This document shows positions 12,290 through 37,417 of a DNA stretch of 64,000 nucleotides, piece after piece (position 1 is the first letter of the stretch; each line of letters opens with the position of its first letter). The DNA is from Podarcis pityusensis. Its lineage: Eukaryota. Made by a program: the position numbers and the translations under genes. A model generated the notes under the pieces. The model was given only the letters and a program-made list of their open reading frames with translations. It was not told the DNA's origin and did not search any database. Location: the NCBI GenBank assembly GCA_964106645.2, contig OZ067050.1; one strand, written 5' to 3'.

Positions 12290-13430
12290 GCATCCTAGAG
12301 GGTACTAAAAGGAACTCACTGGTGTACTCTCATAACTTCTGTCTTAATCATCTTTGGGAGATCCCGGAGAACAGGTGAAGTGCCACAGGGCTGAAGGCAA
12401 TTGTTCCAGATCTTGAAAAGGAGGATCTGTGAAATGAGTCTATCTGACTTCAGTGCTAGGGAAGATAACTAGAATAGATTTCAAGGGAGTCAGTTTGCAA
12501 GCACCTTGATAGCAATGCAATGGTTAGCAGAAGCCTGCATGGATTACAAAGAATAAATGTGTGTCTATATATACTGTGTGTGAGTGTGAGGGAGGGAGGG
12601 AGGGGGAGAGAAATATAAAATCAAGTTCGTAGTTTAGTGGATTGAAGAACGACTGTGAATGCAATGATCTTGGTTTCAGCAAAACGCCTAATAGTGTCCC
12701 CCAGGATAATGTGATTTGCAAGCTGGTTAAATGCTATGAACTTGGAAAAGATCGCATGGGAAACTGGACGGAAGCAAAATGAGATTCAACAGAAACAAAT
12801 GCAGAGTTTTGCATTTAGGCAAAATAATCATGGCCATAATCAAGTGCACAGGTATAGGGTGGAAGCAGCAGTAAAAATGAAGAGGATCCCAGCACAAGTT
12901 GATCTTGACCTGAACATGAGCCAGTAGTACTTTGTAAGACTCAAACAATTTTAGGCAGCATTAATACAGCCATCTTTTCCAAGACATGAGAAGTAATAGT
13001 CCACTTTATTCTGTGCTAGTTGGACTTCATCCGGAGTACTTTGTCCATTTGTGGATGCTACACTTTAAGAAGGATATAGACAAGCTGGAATGGGTTCAGA
13101 GAAGGACAGTGAAGATGGTTAAAGGTATGGAAAACAATCCCTATGAGGAAAGGTTGAAGGAACTAGGTATGTTTAGCCTGGAGAAGAAAGCACCTTTCAA
13201 ATACCTAAAGGGGTCTTACATAGAAGACTTGATCTGCTGCACCAGAGTGCAGGACTGTCAATAGATGTAATGGGCTTAAGTTACAGGAAGAGCAGGTGTT
13301 GGCTGAAGATTAGGAGAAACCTTTTCATAGAAGTAGCAGTTCCACAATGGGGACCCAGTTGCCCAGAGATGAGGTGCTCTCCCTTCCTGGAAGTCTTTAA
13401 GAAGAGGCTGGGCAGCCCGCTGTTAAGATT
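12290..13430 (+). mobile_element. Degenerate CR1 LINE fragments between the INO80E and DOC2A stop codons
   Basis: ORF remnants PLYSVLV...[48 protein letters not shown] and LEVFKKRL. Confidence 0.85.
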
Positions 13431-14338
13431 GCTCCCTCCATCTGGATCGCCTCCAGTGATTTGAGCTTTCTGACAGAAATGGAAGCAAGAATTAACAGCA
13501 CAATAATTTCCTGCAACCTTGTTTTTAAAACTGCTTGGGTGGTGGTGGGGTCAGCCTTGTTTGTAACAAGAGAGACTGCAGAGTCTCTTAATAAGGGATA
13601 AACAGTTTTGTCAGGCCTCTAACAATGAGTTAGCAGGACGAAGTGTGCCAGATGAATGCCGCTATAATCCATGCAGGAAGTTCCAGAGACAATAAACAAT
13701 AGTTTTTTTCCCCAGCAGTTCAGGAGTATAAATTGTATTTGGCACTCTGAGGTTAAGTTGAGTAGGGAAAGGAGCTGGTGTGGAAAGAAGAGGGAAATAT
13801 ATTTTGGACCGCTGAAAGAAATTCCATATGGGGAAGTTTTTAACATGCTTTAAAAAAGAAAAAGAAATCAAAACCGATGCTTCAAATTTTGTGTGCCAGC
13901 AAATATCTTGTCCTTTAAAATTAAAGCAAAGCCTTGGTTTGAAAGTAGTGGGATTTCAGAGCGATGGACAGCTTGGAAAGACAGGTGTTAAGAGAGGAAG
14001 AGGATGGATAATTATTTCTGTGACTTTTCATTGATGCAAATTCTTTTTCTACAAGTGGCTTCCTGGGCACCTCCTGTTCTTCCTGGGCTCTTCCACTCTG
14101 CTATGACCACCTCCCACTTCCCAGTGCCTTAAAACATACGGAACCAGAAGAGGCGATTCATTCCATTTAAGCCCTTCCCTAGAGCGTAATATAAATGGAC
14201 ACCAACGACAAGTAATTTTCAAAACGTGCAAACATCCTCGTGCAAAGGAGGGGCCCCTGGTGCTGTGCCCCTCCCTTTTTTTTGGCAGGCAGGCAGGGTG
14301 GGAGGATGCAACTCTATATAGGCAATCGAGGTGGCTTC

Positions 14339-26767
<12,429 letters not shown>

Positions 26768-26823
26768 TCATTATTCCACCGTGAGCACCAGATGTAGGCT
26801 GATGTGGAACACAATCCTATGTC

Positions 26824-27160
26824 GGTTAAACCATAGAGCCTAGGACTTGCCGATCAGAAGGTTGGCGGTTCGAATCCCCGCGACGGGGTGAGCTCTTGTT
26901 GCTCGGTCCCTGCTCCTGCCAACCTAGCAGTTTGAAAGCACGTCAAAATGCAAGTAGATAAATAGGTACCGCTCCGGCGGGAAGGTAAACGGTGTTTCCG
27001 TGCGCTGCTCTGGTTCGCCAGAAGTGGCTTAGTGATGCTGGCCACATGACCTAGAAGCTGTACTCCAGCTCCCTCGGCCAATAAAGCGAGATGAGTGCTG
27101 CAACCCCAGAGTCGGCCACGACTGGACCTAATGGTCAGGGGTCCCTTTACCTTTACCTTT
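26824..27160 (+). mobile_element. Sauria SINE, slightly 5'-truncated
   Basis: GGTTCGAATCCCCGCGACGGGG B-box region; (ACCTTT)n tail. Confidence 0.9.
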
Positions 27161-29915
27161 AAGTCTTCATGGGGCTGTCGCTCTCAGGTAAGGGTGCCCA
27201 GGTTTGTGCAGTGGTTGAAGGATGCGCACACACCATGTATTTAAAGCACATTACTTCCCCCACAGAATCCTGGGAACTGTGGTTCACCCACCAGAGAGCT
27301 ACAATTCCCAGCACCCTTAGCAAACTCCTAACAGGTAGTAGTCAGGGGCATAGTGCCTCCTCTGACTATGGTGGTTCCATTTAGCCCACCTTGACTGACA
27401 GCCATCAGTGAGTGGGACATGCAGCAAAGTGTTCCAGTGAATCTTCACCTAGAAAGAGTACTCCTGCCTAGGGTGCTAGCCAGCCATGCCTCCCACCAGG
27501 GCACTCCATTCCACCCTCTGATTTTCTCAACCCGGAAGTTAGCCCATCTAGAAGAAGAAAAACTCCGATCCTAAACCTCTGCTGCTTTGCAGGATGTCTT
27601 CAGGAGGAGAAAAGACTAAGGGAGTAAACCCTACACAAATCCAGAGAGGAATCCCTAAGACGGTTGGGTGGTGCCTTGTACACCTTCTGGCGTCTCCTGC
27701 AGCCAAGCTGGTGCCAAACCTATTGCCCTGCTTTCCTTTGGACCACATCAGTGAGGCCAAAAGAGGGATCTTGCCATCTGGGGCAGCCCAGGACCTCCAT
27801 ATAGGCTTGTTTCCTGGGAGGTCACTTCGGTGCTGCTAGCGCAACGGTTTGAAGGCACACTCCATTGTCTCTCGAGACAGAAGGATGCCAGCAGCAACAA
27901 TTCCATGGTTACTGAGCATGCTCAGCCCTTAATGGATTGTTTTAAGCCCTCCCCGCCCTCCCTCTAGGGATTTATTTGTTTTTACAAAAGTTTTTTTGTG
28001 GGGGTACTTCTGCAAGCATGTGAAAATCCCCCCTCTATCCTCAGTGGCTCCAGTTCCAAGTTAACTATTAGAGGGAACAATAGACACCCCCCATGAAATT
28101 TTCTCATCCCCCTTTAAAGCCATCTAAGCCCCAGACCACAACCACTATATCCTGTGACAACAAATGCCATAAACCAATTACACATCGTGTTAAGAAATGT
28201 TTCCTGTACCCTGATCTTTTACACATCAATTTTACTGGATAATCCCAAATTCACGTGTTATGAGGAATAGAGAATTTTTCTCTGTCCACACCAAGTATAA
28301 GTTTATGCTCCTTGACTGTGACCCTTCCCCAGTCATCGTTTTCCTAAGAGAGAGCCCTTAAACGTGTTGGCCTTTTCTAACCAGGCAGGCTGATTTCTGA
28401 TTCCTTACAGCTGGTTCCTGAGTCCAATGTTTGTTTAGAGAGGCACACATTTTGCCTTCCTTCACACGTTATGGGTGTAAACTGAGCACCACAAAGATCT
28501 GTGCTGGTGCCCATTTTCTATATGCTTCCAATTCTCTAAAGAAGGGAAACTTTCCCAGTAAAACCAAAAGGAATGTTTCGGCTTAATGGTGGATTTTTCT
28601 CTCTCTTTGCTGGAAAATACCAAGGAAGAACTTTCAGCTGCATCTGTTCACATTATGCAGGAAATCTCTCTCCTGTCCATCTTTTTAAAAATGAGTTTTA
28701 TGTTCCTTTATCGAAAGTCAAAAGTTACAGAGTGAGGCACAATGGGCAAAACTGGTGGCTCTTTCCCCCCCTCTTCTGAAGCATCAGAACTGAGCTTTTC
28801 AGAGGTCTATCCATGCACCGAGGCTGCAATCCTGCACATATACTTACCTGGGAGTAAGTCTCACTGAACTCAGAGGGGCTTACTCCTGAGTAGGCAATAC
28901 AGGCTCGCATGGCGAGTGACTTCTGTTTTTTGTTTGTTTTTATAAAACCCCACAGTGTGTTAGAAGTGACATTAAATGAAGCATTGACAAATCGATGTCA
29001 TGTTGTAATGGAACGTAGATGGGCCAAGCAGCAAGATTTACAACTCCGTAGACACGCAGGCAAAAGCTGTAGAATTCGTTTACTGTGCTGGGTTGTGTGT
29101 GTGTGTGTGTGTGTGTGTGGTAGTGAGCCGATTCTAATTGAATAAGGAAATTGCATCGCCAGAAGCATAATGGCATTTTGATATGACAGTTTCTTTAGAG
29201 ACCGGCGTTCCTGCGAGGGTTATTTTTAATTAATTGGTATTGGATTATTAACCGATATTAATAGAATGAGTTTGCTAAATTGAGTTGTCTTTTTATTATT
29301 ATTTCTTTTATGTCTGTGGATTTTTCTCTCTCTTCACTCGTCAATTCTCAATCAGTTTCACCTACTCTCAGAATTGCCCTCTGATCTTCCTGCCCAGGAT
29401 CTGCCCCACACATATGTAAATCAATGCAAATAACCTGAAATTACCTAACATCTTGCTCTCCCCCCTGACTTATTCCCTTCTCCCACACCGTCCACCCCAC
29501 TTCTAAGCAATTTACCCCTTCACTTCTCCCCCCATACTTTCCAAATACATCCTTAATTCCCCACCGGACTCCAAGAGAGATGCCTGAATTGCCCTTTCCC
29601 TGTGATTCCATCTTGCACCAGCCCCACAACCTGAAAACTGCCCCTAGAAGCTGCCTTTTCTACCCCCCACCAACCTCCCCCAAATTGCACTAGCCCCCCC
29701 ACCCCAATGCACAAAAAGACCTCTCAAGCAACTCTTCCAACTCCCCCACTTCTTCAGAAACTCCTCGAGAACCTGGAACCCCACATCCCACCCTCTTTCC
29801 CCCCAACTTGCCCCCCACAACTGTCTTCCCACCTTCCCCCAAAGTAGTGCCTGCACCTTATCCTCACACCCACGGGACCCCAACCTCCCCCCCCCACCCT
29901 CTGCCCCCATCCTAC

Positions 29916-30120
29916 CTGGGTGCTGCTCCTGTCAACAGGTAACGGTGGGGAGGGGGATAGCGCAGCGAATGAGAGGCGGTCGATTGGGGGATCCCACAGA
30001 CTTAGAGAGAGACGGAGGGAGGGAAGGAAGGAGAGAGAGAGCGCAAGGGAAGGGGGGGGGTTGCAGGCAGGGAGGTGGAGACAATGGAGAACCGGGGAAG
30101 GGAGGCGCAGGGTGCAGAGA
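29916..30120 (-). other. DOC2A: Probable non-coding first exon / promoter of DOC2A (5' end approximate)
   Basis: The ATG exon has its own acceptor, so an upstream exon is needed. On the - strand a CpG-containing, pyrimidine-rich segment ends in CCCAG|gtagga (29916/29915) and is followed by a strongly G-rich stretch typical of a first intron. Confidence 0.55.
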
Positions 30121-31328
30121 TCTGATATGCAATACATAGATTAGATCCGATAGACGATGAAGGATGGACTTTATCTGTTTGGGCTGAACGCCTATGTCTA
30201 GCAAGAGAAAACTGGCTGCACAGTCTGTGCATGTATTTACACCCAGAGAGAGTGATCTGGCATCTGATAATCAGATCTAAAGATTGGGGCTTGATAACAT
30301 AGGAATAGGGGGTGATACAAGCATTTCTGATCTGCAATATCTAAGTAGAAAGTTGGATAGAATATACGTATCCTAAATCTCCCTCTAAGTGTGTACATAG
30401 TGAATAGGGGGAAGGAAAGATAGCAGGTTGAATAATTTTGCATTTTTTTTAAAAAAAGCCCTGGTCCCATCATATGCTTTAGTCTTAGGGTAGGTGGGGA
30501 TTTTTGTTTTTTTAAAAAAAACAAGCTTTGCAAAACGACATGGGAAATGCAGTTTAAAACACCTACCAATGCAATGGATTGTCAAGGGAAGGAATGGGCT
30601 ATAGGCAGGAGAAGGGGTCTGATGTGACAGACTGGATGGGAATTGTGTGTTTGTGGTTTTTGTGTGTGTGTAAGATAAAGAAGAGTATTTGCAAGTATGG
30701 AGAATGGATGGAGGGGGGGGGGCACCCTGCCCACCCTGCAGCAAGACACTGTATAGGGAAAAGTAAAGAAAAAAGTGGTGTGTTTGTAGATGTGGGTGAT
30801 TCAGTGGGGAGATGGCCCAAGGGGTTTGGGGCCAGGGTAAAAGGATGAAAATTCATTGGCTTAATTCCAAGGGTGGATGGGGAAGGAGGGGGTGTTGCGT
30901 GCCCCATGGCGGGGCAGTTTGTACAAGTTGTGTGTGTGTATTGAACCTGGACATGGAGAAAATCGTGCCAGAGTTGGGCAAAAGGCAAGCAGGCATAGGA
31001 GCTGTATGGGCACGCTAGTGACAGGAAGTCTATGGCAGCAATTCTGTGGGTTTCTCTGAAGAAGTAAGCCCTGGACCATGGTCCTGCCATCTCAACCCAC
31101 AAGTTTTTGCCCACCCCACAGGGGTGGGGGTGCCTCCCCCCTCCCAAGACAGTGAATTCCACCCAGCTTGCCACTCCGTTTTCGTTTTATGTGGGTTGTG
31201 TCGTGAGGTTGCAAATGCAGCCCAGAGGACCTTTAAAATATCTGAAGCTGCGTGGCATTATTGCGTCCCTTGAGTTTTGGGGGACTGAAGTTTTTTCGCT
31301 CTCCCCCCTGCCTCCTTCCCTCCCCTCT

Positions 31329-31342
31329 GTTACTATGGCAAC
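31329..31342. promoter_or_regulatory. RFX X-box (GTTACTATGGCAAC) upstream of the putative DOC2A first exon
   Basis: Matches the GTTRCYATRGCAAC consensus. Confidence 0.45.
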
Positions 31343-32701
31343 CCTGTCCTGGACCTACTCCAGACCAGGAAATATTTGTGATGCTGCATATGCTGTTGAA
31401 TGACATTTTAAGTGTGTTAGTCAAATAGATAAACCTGCATTTTAGGCAGGGGAGCCCGGCCAGAAATCCTGAGTTTCTTGGAAAGTGGGGCTTAATCAGA
31501 GTCATTGTTTGTGAGGGCCTGCCTGGAATATGTGGAACAGAATAAGGACCCCACTCCAGACTGGAGGATGTATTCCACAACATCTTTGTGACACAAGGTG
31601 GTGTATTCGTGGTGTATTTATTCTGCTTTATCGGTCGTTCTGCAATGCTTCCCCAGAGCTGCCACATTATTGCTCTCCGGAGCGGGTATAGCATAACAAA
31701 AGTAGGACAACCCTACCCTGCCCTCCACAAATCTGTGTTATCAAAAGTTATGGGATTTCAGCAAGAAGTTACAGGATATGCACTGATTGGAAACAAAGCA
31801 GTAGGAACAGACTGCCTCTAAACCTTTTGCACATGCAAATTGTGTATCGAAAGCAGGGTTGCGTCTGACCTCCCTGATAGCATCCTGTGCACAAATGATC
31901 ATGAATAAAACGGATGTCTGGGGTGACCCAAAATGTGGAGGTTCAGAGTGCCTTCTGTCCCAAAGTCTCCTAGGTTTGGAGTAGGAGAGCAGGGGAAAAT
32001 GAGATCCACAACTCCTGGGATCCCAGGAGGTGTATAGATGCTTAATTAACACATCTAGACTTATGATAAGATTTTAACTAGGGCTGGAAGCTGCGAAATC
32101 AATTAACCAGGGCAATTCATCAACTGGAGTTTTAATCACAGATTCAAAAAGCATACTGATTAACCAAATAAACTAACCTTGAGAAAGAAAGCTCTTTATT
32201 GTGCTTCAGAAACGACCTTGGATTGAGCAAAGGACTGTGAAGCACAGGTTTTAAAAGAAAACCCTGTATATTTCATAGTCACGTTTGGGCCTTGCAGCAA
32301 GTGTTCAGCATTGCTACCATTGCGAAGAAGAGCCACACATATTTCTTGCTTCTGCTCGGCTTTAAAAGTCTGAGCCCCAAACGTCTGACTGATTGGAAGA
32401 ACATTTACAGTGTCAGCTTGTGTTATCTCTGAACTTGACAGTTAAATTCATAACTCAAAGAAAGGCAGCGAGGTACCTGCCTTCGCAAAACTGTCAGAAA
32501 TAAGATGGCTTTCTGTTCTCGGAAAGCGAGCGGTGGCATTTTGTTTTGTCTTTTTAAAAAATGTCATATTTGAAAAACTGCCGTTTTCATTCATCAGGAT
32601 GTTCCTTTAGTGATTGCATGTAGATTTAATTCATTCTGCATTCAAATTCATAATCCTTAAGCTAGGAGCACATTATTTCCACACTGGCAGCTTTTTATAT
32701 A

Positions 32702-32927
32702 CAGTGGTACCTCGGGTTACATACGCTTCAGGTTACAGACTCCGCTAACCCATAAATAGTGTTTCAGGTTAAGAACTTTGCTTCAGGATGAGAACATAAA
32801 TCGTGCTCTGGCGGCGCGGCGGCAGCAGGAGGCCCCATTAGCTAAAGTGGTGCTTCAGGTTAAGAACAGTTTCAGGTTACGTACGAACCTCTGGAATGAA
32901 TTAAGTACTTAACCCGAGGTACCACTG
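32702..32927 (+). mobile_element. Tc1/mariner-type MITE, copy 3
   Basis: Perfect TIR CAGTGGTACCTCGGGTTA, TA TSD. Confidence 0.9.
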
Positions 32928-33916
32928 TATATATAAAAAACCATCTCTACATAGTGGGGTTTGCACACGACTCTAAATACCTTTCCTACCTCTTTTTATG
33001 TGAATGCAAAAGGTGCATTGGCTAGAATGTACATTGAACACCTATTTTTTCACTTCCCCTCTTGCATTAACCGCATTCACACATGCACTGGCATGAATGG
33101 TGCTCAGGCCACGTGCAAAAAATGCTACGAGAAACTTGGATTTTGGGGGGGGGGGTCTTTCCCCTCTAGGGGGCACTGGAACTTATTCCTGGACAATCCG
33201 TCTGCTGGCGGCTGCGTTGGTGTTAACATCACAGGCCCCAGTATCTGGCCTTTACGGGTTTATTTCCCTCTGAACCACAGTGAGAAAAAGGATCAATTTA
33301 ATTCCCTTTGCAGCCATTAATTTTCTCCGCTATCTGTCACTTTCTGAAGCAAGAGGGGCCAAGAGACTGGAGAACAGAGAGTTTAATTAAGCAGATAAAC
33401 AGCAGGGGGATGGGATACGGACCACTTTTGCCCATTGCCCCTCCCAACCCCAACTTCTCATTGCCACCTGAAAGGCAGTCCCAGGCTCCCCGCTGCGAAG
33501 CAGGATGGGCCTGCGAAAAGGAATTATAATAGTTTTATGTGATATCTCTCTTTCTTATTAATTGGCTGCCTGATTATAATGCCGTTGCCGTCCAACTGGC
33601 GAGTGACATTTTGTCTCCGTCCCAGCCGCTGTACACGCCATGCCTCTGGCATTTGGGAAAGGTAGAGCGGTTGGCAGGGTGGCATCGAGAAGCAAGGAAG
33701 GGGGACCTCTGGAAATGGTGGATTCCTCTCCCCCACCCCGTGCCACAACTCTGCTCTCCCCACCCCACCCGTTTCCCTCTTCCCAAGCCCCCTGATCATC
33801 CTAGCACAGACTGTCCAGATTTTGCTTGGCACGTTTCTTTCTTCAGCTGCTATTCCTGGAAACATTTTCACTCCCGCCTCCGGGGCTGTATTGGGGGGCA
33901 TCTTGAACAGAAGCTT

Positions 33917-33921
<5 letters not shown>

Positions 33922-33952
<31 letters not shown>
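33922..33952. repeat. (TG)n microsatellite; others at about 21822-21843 and 29095-29119
   Basis: Seen directly. Confidence 0.9.
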
Positions 33953-33954
<2 letters not shown>

Positions 33955-34447
33955 GTGTGATATTTTGGTTTGAGGATCTGGGCGCTGACACCTGTCTCTG
34001 GAGGCGTTGAGGGAGCTGAACAAAGGCGGGAGTTGGAAGCTAGCATTTCTGCTAGGACCTCGTCCAAACTCCCCTCACTCCCCCCCCCAAACAACAACAA
34101 CTCATCAACAATACCTGATCCCTCCAGATATCCAGATGTGCCTCAAATCTTAGGGTTTTCTCAGCGCTCTTCTTAACTTCCTCCTGTATGATATCCAACA
34201 TGCTGTGGTTGCTAGAGGGCTGCCTTCCGATGCTTCTCTGTTATGGAGGTTGTCTTGATGGGTGGGTGAGGCTGGCGCTGATAGCATGCCCCCCGCTTTG
34301 CCCCATGGGCTCACGGTCCTTTCCACCTGTGTGCTCCCCAATAACGGGGAGAGAAAGAACCATTACACTGGTGATGCTATGGAAGAGGGCCATGTGACCC
34401 TCTGCACACAGACTAAGAAGATTTGACCAATCGTAGCTTTTCATCCT

Positions 34448-34807
34448 GGGACATGGGTGGCGCTGTGGGTTAAACCACAGAGCCTAGGACTTGCTGATCA
34501 AAAGGTTGGTGGTTTGAATCCCCATGACGGGGTGAGCTTCTGTTGCTCAGTCCCTGCTCCTGCCAACCTAGCAGTTCAAAAGCATGTCAAAGTGCAAGTA
34601 GATAAATAGGTACCGCTCCGGTGGGAAGGTAAACGGCATTTCCGTGCACTGCTCTGGTTTGCCAGAAGCGGCTTAGTCATGCTGGCCACATGGCCCAGAA
34701 GCTGTACACCGGCTCCCTCGGCCAATAAAGTGAGATGAGCGCCGCAACTCCAGAGTTGGTCACGACTGGACCTAAGGGTCAGGGATCCCTTTACCTTTAC
34801 CTTTACC
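34448..34807 (+). mobile_element. Sauria SINE, full length
   Basis: Head and tail intact; 14-bp TSD TAGCTTTTCATCCT / TAGCTTTGCATCCT. Confidence 0.92.
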
Positions 34808-37284
34808 TAGCTTTGCATCCTATATCCTGTGACCTCCGGTACGATCATCACACCTGTCAGTCCACGTACGAGGCCGTATTCCTCCCTGTATAAAAGCCCC
34901 TTTTGTATATGAACCGTGGGAACATGAGATATCTCCCTAGAGGATCAGTGACCTGCCACCCCAGTGAACTTCATGGCTGGCTGAGTAGAGGCCCTGGGTC
35001 ACTGGTGGACGGTGGACTTTCAAATTTCAGCAGTGCTCTGTGTGACACTAAAATTTGGCGCCCACTGGCTTCTCACCTTCCCTTCTAAGTCCTTGTGGCA
35101 TGGATGGTAGCCTCTCTTGTTGCTTGGCTAATATCCAGGGCAGAAAATATCTCGGAGACAACGGAAGATTTCAGAGACAGGAGAGGACCTAAGAGGTCTG
35201 TGCATGCTGGTCTGTCTGTCTGTGTTTGTTTCAGGCTAGCCCCAATGTGTAAGTGCTGGCAGAAAATAAAGTGTGATTTTATGGGTCACCGGTAAATGGG
35301 ATCTCCAGAATACAGCTGGCTTTACAGAACTCTGGTGTCCTGAATCTGATCCTCCCTATTTTCTGCTTTTGGTAACAGGCAGTTTCACTTTCAGGGGTTG
35401 ATTTATAACGAGAAGGGTCTGCTTTTATGACAGGATAAATGATTAACAGGAGGGTGGATGTGTCTGTTGGTAATGGAAAAGGCTGGGCCCTTTTCCCATT
35501 TGTAGTTTGGGGAAGGGGGAAAATGCATCCTTGACAGTTGCAGTTAGTCTGTCATCTGGGGGACAATTTAAGCCGCAGGAGACAGGAATGTAGCCAAGAT
35601 AGGATAAAAGTCTGGATAATAGTCTGGGAGATAACAGGAAGAACACATCTGAAATGAGGTTTGGAAAGCATCTAGTAAAGTTGAGGTTTGTGTTAAGAGG
35701 GATTATAGAGATTGCTCCAGAACAGCTGGGAGAGAGTATCTCAAAATAGATTCAATAAAAAATTAGTGAAACATGGCTGTAAATTGTCCAACAAATTAAT
35801 CAAGTACCAACTTGCCTCTAGAAAGTACTGTGGAAAAGCACACATTTTGAAACTTCCAGAAGAAAACCAGGAATGTGCCTGAAAGACATCTAAAGGGGAG
35901 GAAAGCTCTTTTCAGATCAGCTGATTGGTTTTAAATTATGTTCCGAGTGCCCTTTATGCAAAAGATTTTATAATTATTATTGAGCCCGATGCATTTTGAA
36001 CTGAGCTCTTTCTCAGGGGCACTCTTAAACAACCAATTCCAGTCCAGTTTCAATGATTTTGCAGCAGTGTAGAGAGACTAGCATTGAAAGTGGTTGCTTA
36101 AGTGTGTCCCGGAGGAAGAACTGAGTTTGTGTGGCACCATATTATTTTCACATACCTGGAGGTTCCCTAGGGTGACCTTAATAGTTGTGAAGAAGAGGGG
36201 ATTTCAACAGGTGTTGCTTGCATGATAACGGTGCTGGAGCCCTATTCTCTTTTTCATGCTTCTCCCAATAAGGTGCCCTTCTTTCCTTCCGATTGGTTCC
36301 TTGCTATTTTCCCTTTCCTTCTCAGGTTGTTAGCATACCCATTTTACAGACGGGAGCAACCGAGACCAAGACACAGGTGCTTGACCACCATGGCCAATCC
36401 GGCGGAGTTTGTGGTGGCTCTCTCGTTGATGGGCCCATCAAACCCTTCACTCTCTTCAAACACCTGCCTGGCTTCCAGTACCCTCTCTGTCTAACCAGTA
36501 GCTCCTCCGCTTTCCTGTGTGGAATCCTGACTCCTCTGCCTTTCTCTCTGTGTCCCATTAGGCCCTACTTTCCTCCCACAAAACCCAGGAGTCCTGTCAT
36601 AAAGCAAAGGCAGGGAAGTAATGAGTGACGCATCTGCTTGCTTGTGTCCCCAGCAGAGACCTAATTAAGTGGCAGGTTCCGTGGTGAGAAAGCAAGTCAC
36701 ACTGTGCTAATGAGATCCTAAAACATCGCCTTGTTAACCCTCCCTCCTCCGCCGAGGCTGACGCATTTCCCTTTGTCCCACCTGCCACCCCTGTCCGATG
36801 CCAACCTTTTCTGGACTGGCGCCAAGGCCCTCCTCAACAAAGCAAAGATCCCCCCCCCCCGAAACACACACTGATACCTTGATAACCCTCCCTGCCTTTT
36901 GGACCAGCCAATTCAATCTCTCTATCCTTTTCCAGCTGAGGCTCCATTCTCTGAGTGACACCTGTCATTTTGGTCTCACCTCACCAGCTGGGCCCCATTT
37001 CTTAATTATATCCCAACGGGGGCGGCCATTTGACAGGCAGTAGGGGAATTTTATGGGGAGCTGAGGAGAATCTCTAACCTTTAAATCCATAGTCTCATTT
37101 GGCGGCTTCATGCTGGCCCAATTAGTCTTTTTTCCCCCTCGCACTCCTTTTGTTTTCCTTCCCTGTCTAGATCTGTTCTTCGATCAATGGCAGCTCTGGC
37201 CTCAACCAAGGCTTTCTAAAACTCTTTGTTGTAACACTTGCCAGCCTGCTGATAAAACCTTCAGCTTCATTTCAGGAAAGTGTG

Positions 37285-37417
37285 NNNNNNNNNNNNNNNN
37301 NNNNNNNNNNNNNNNNNNNNNNNNNNNNNNNNNNNNNNNNNNNNNNNNNNNNNNNNNNNNNNNNNNNNNNNNNNNNNNNNNNNNNNNNNNNNNNNNNNNN
37401 NNNNNNNNNNNNNNNNN
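37285..37417. other. Assembly gap, 133 N
   Basis: Run of N. Confidence 1.

Noticed and set aside
36326-36380. Apparent exon after ttcccttttccttctcag
   Set aside because: It contains a MIR-like CCCATTTTACAGA core (similar at about 39128) and no recognisable peptide.
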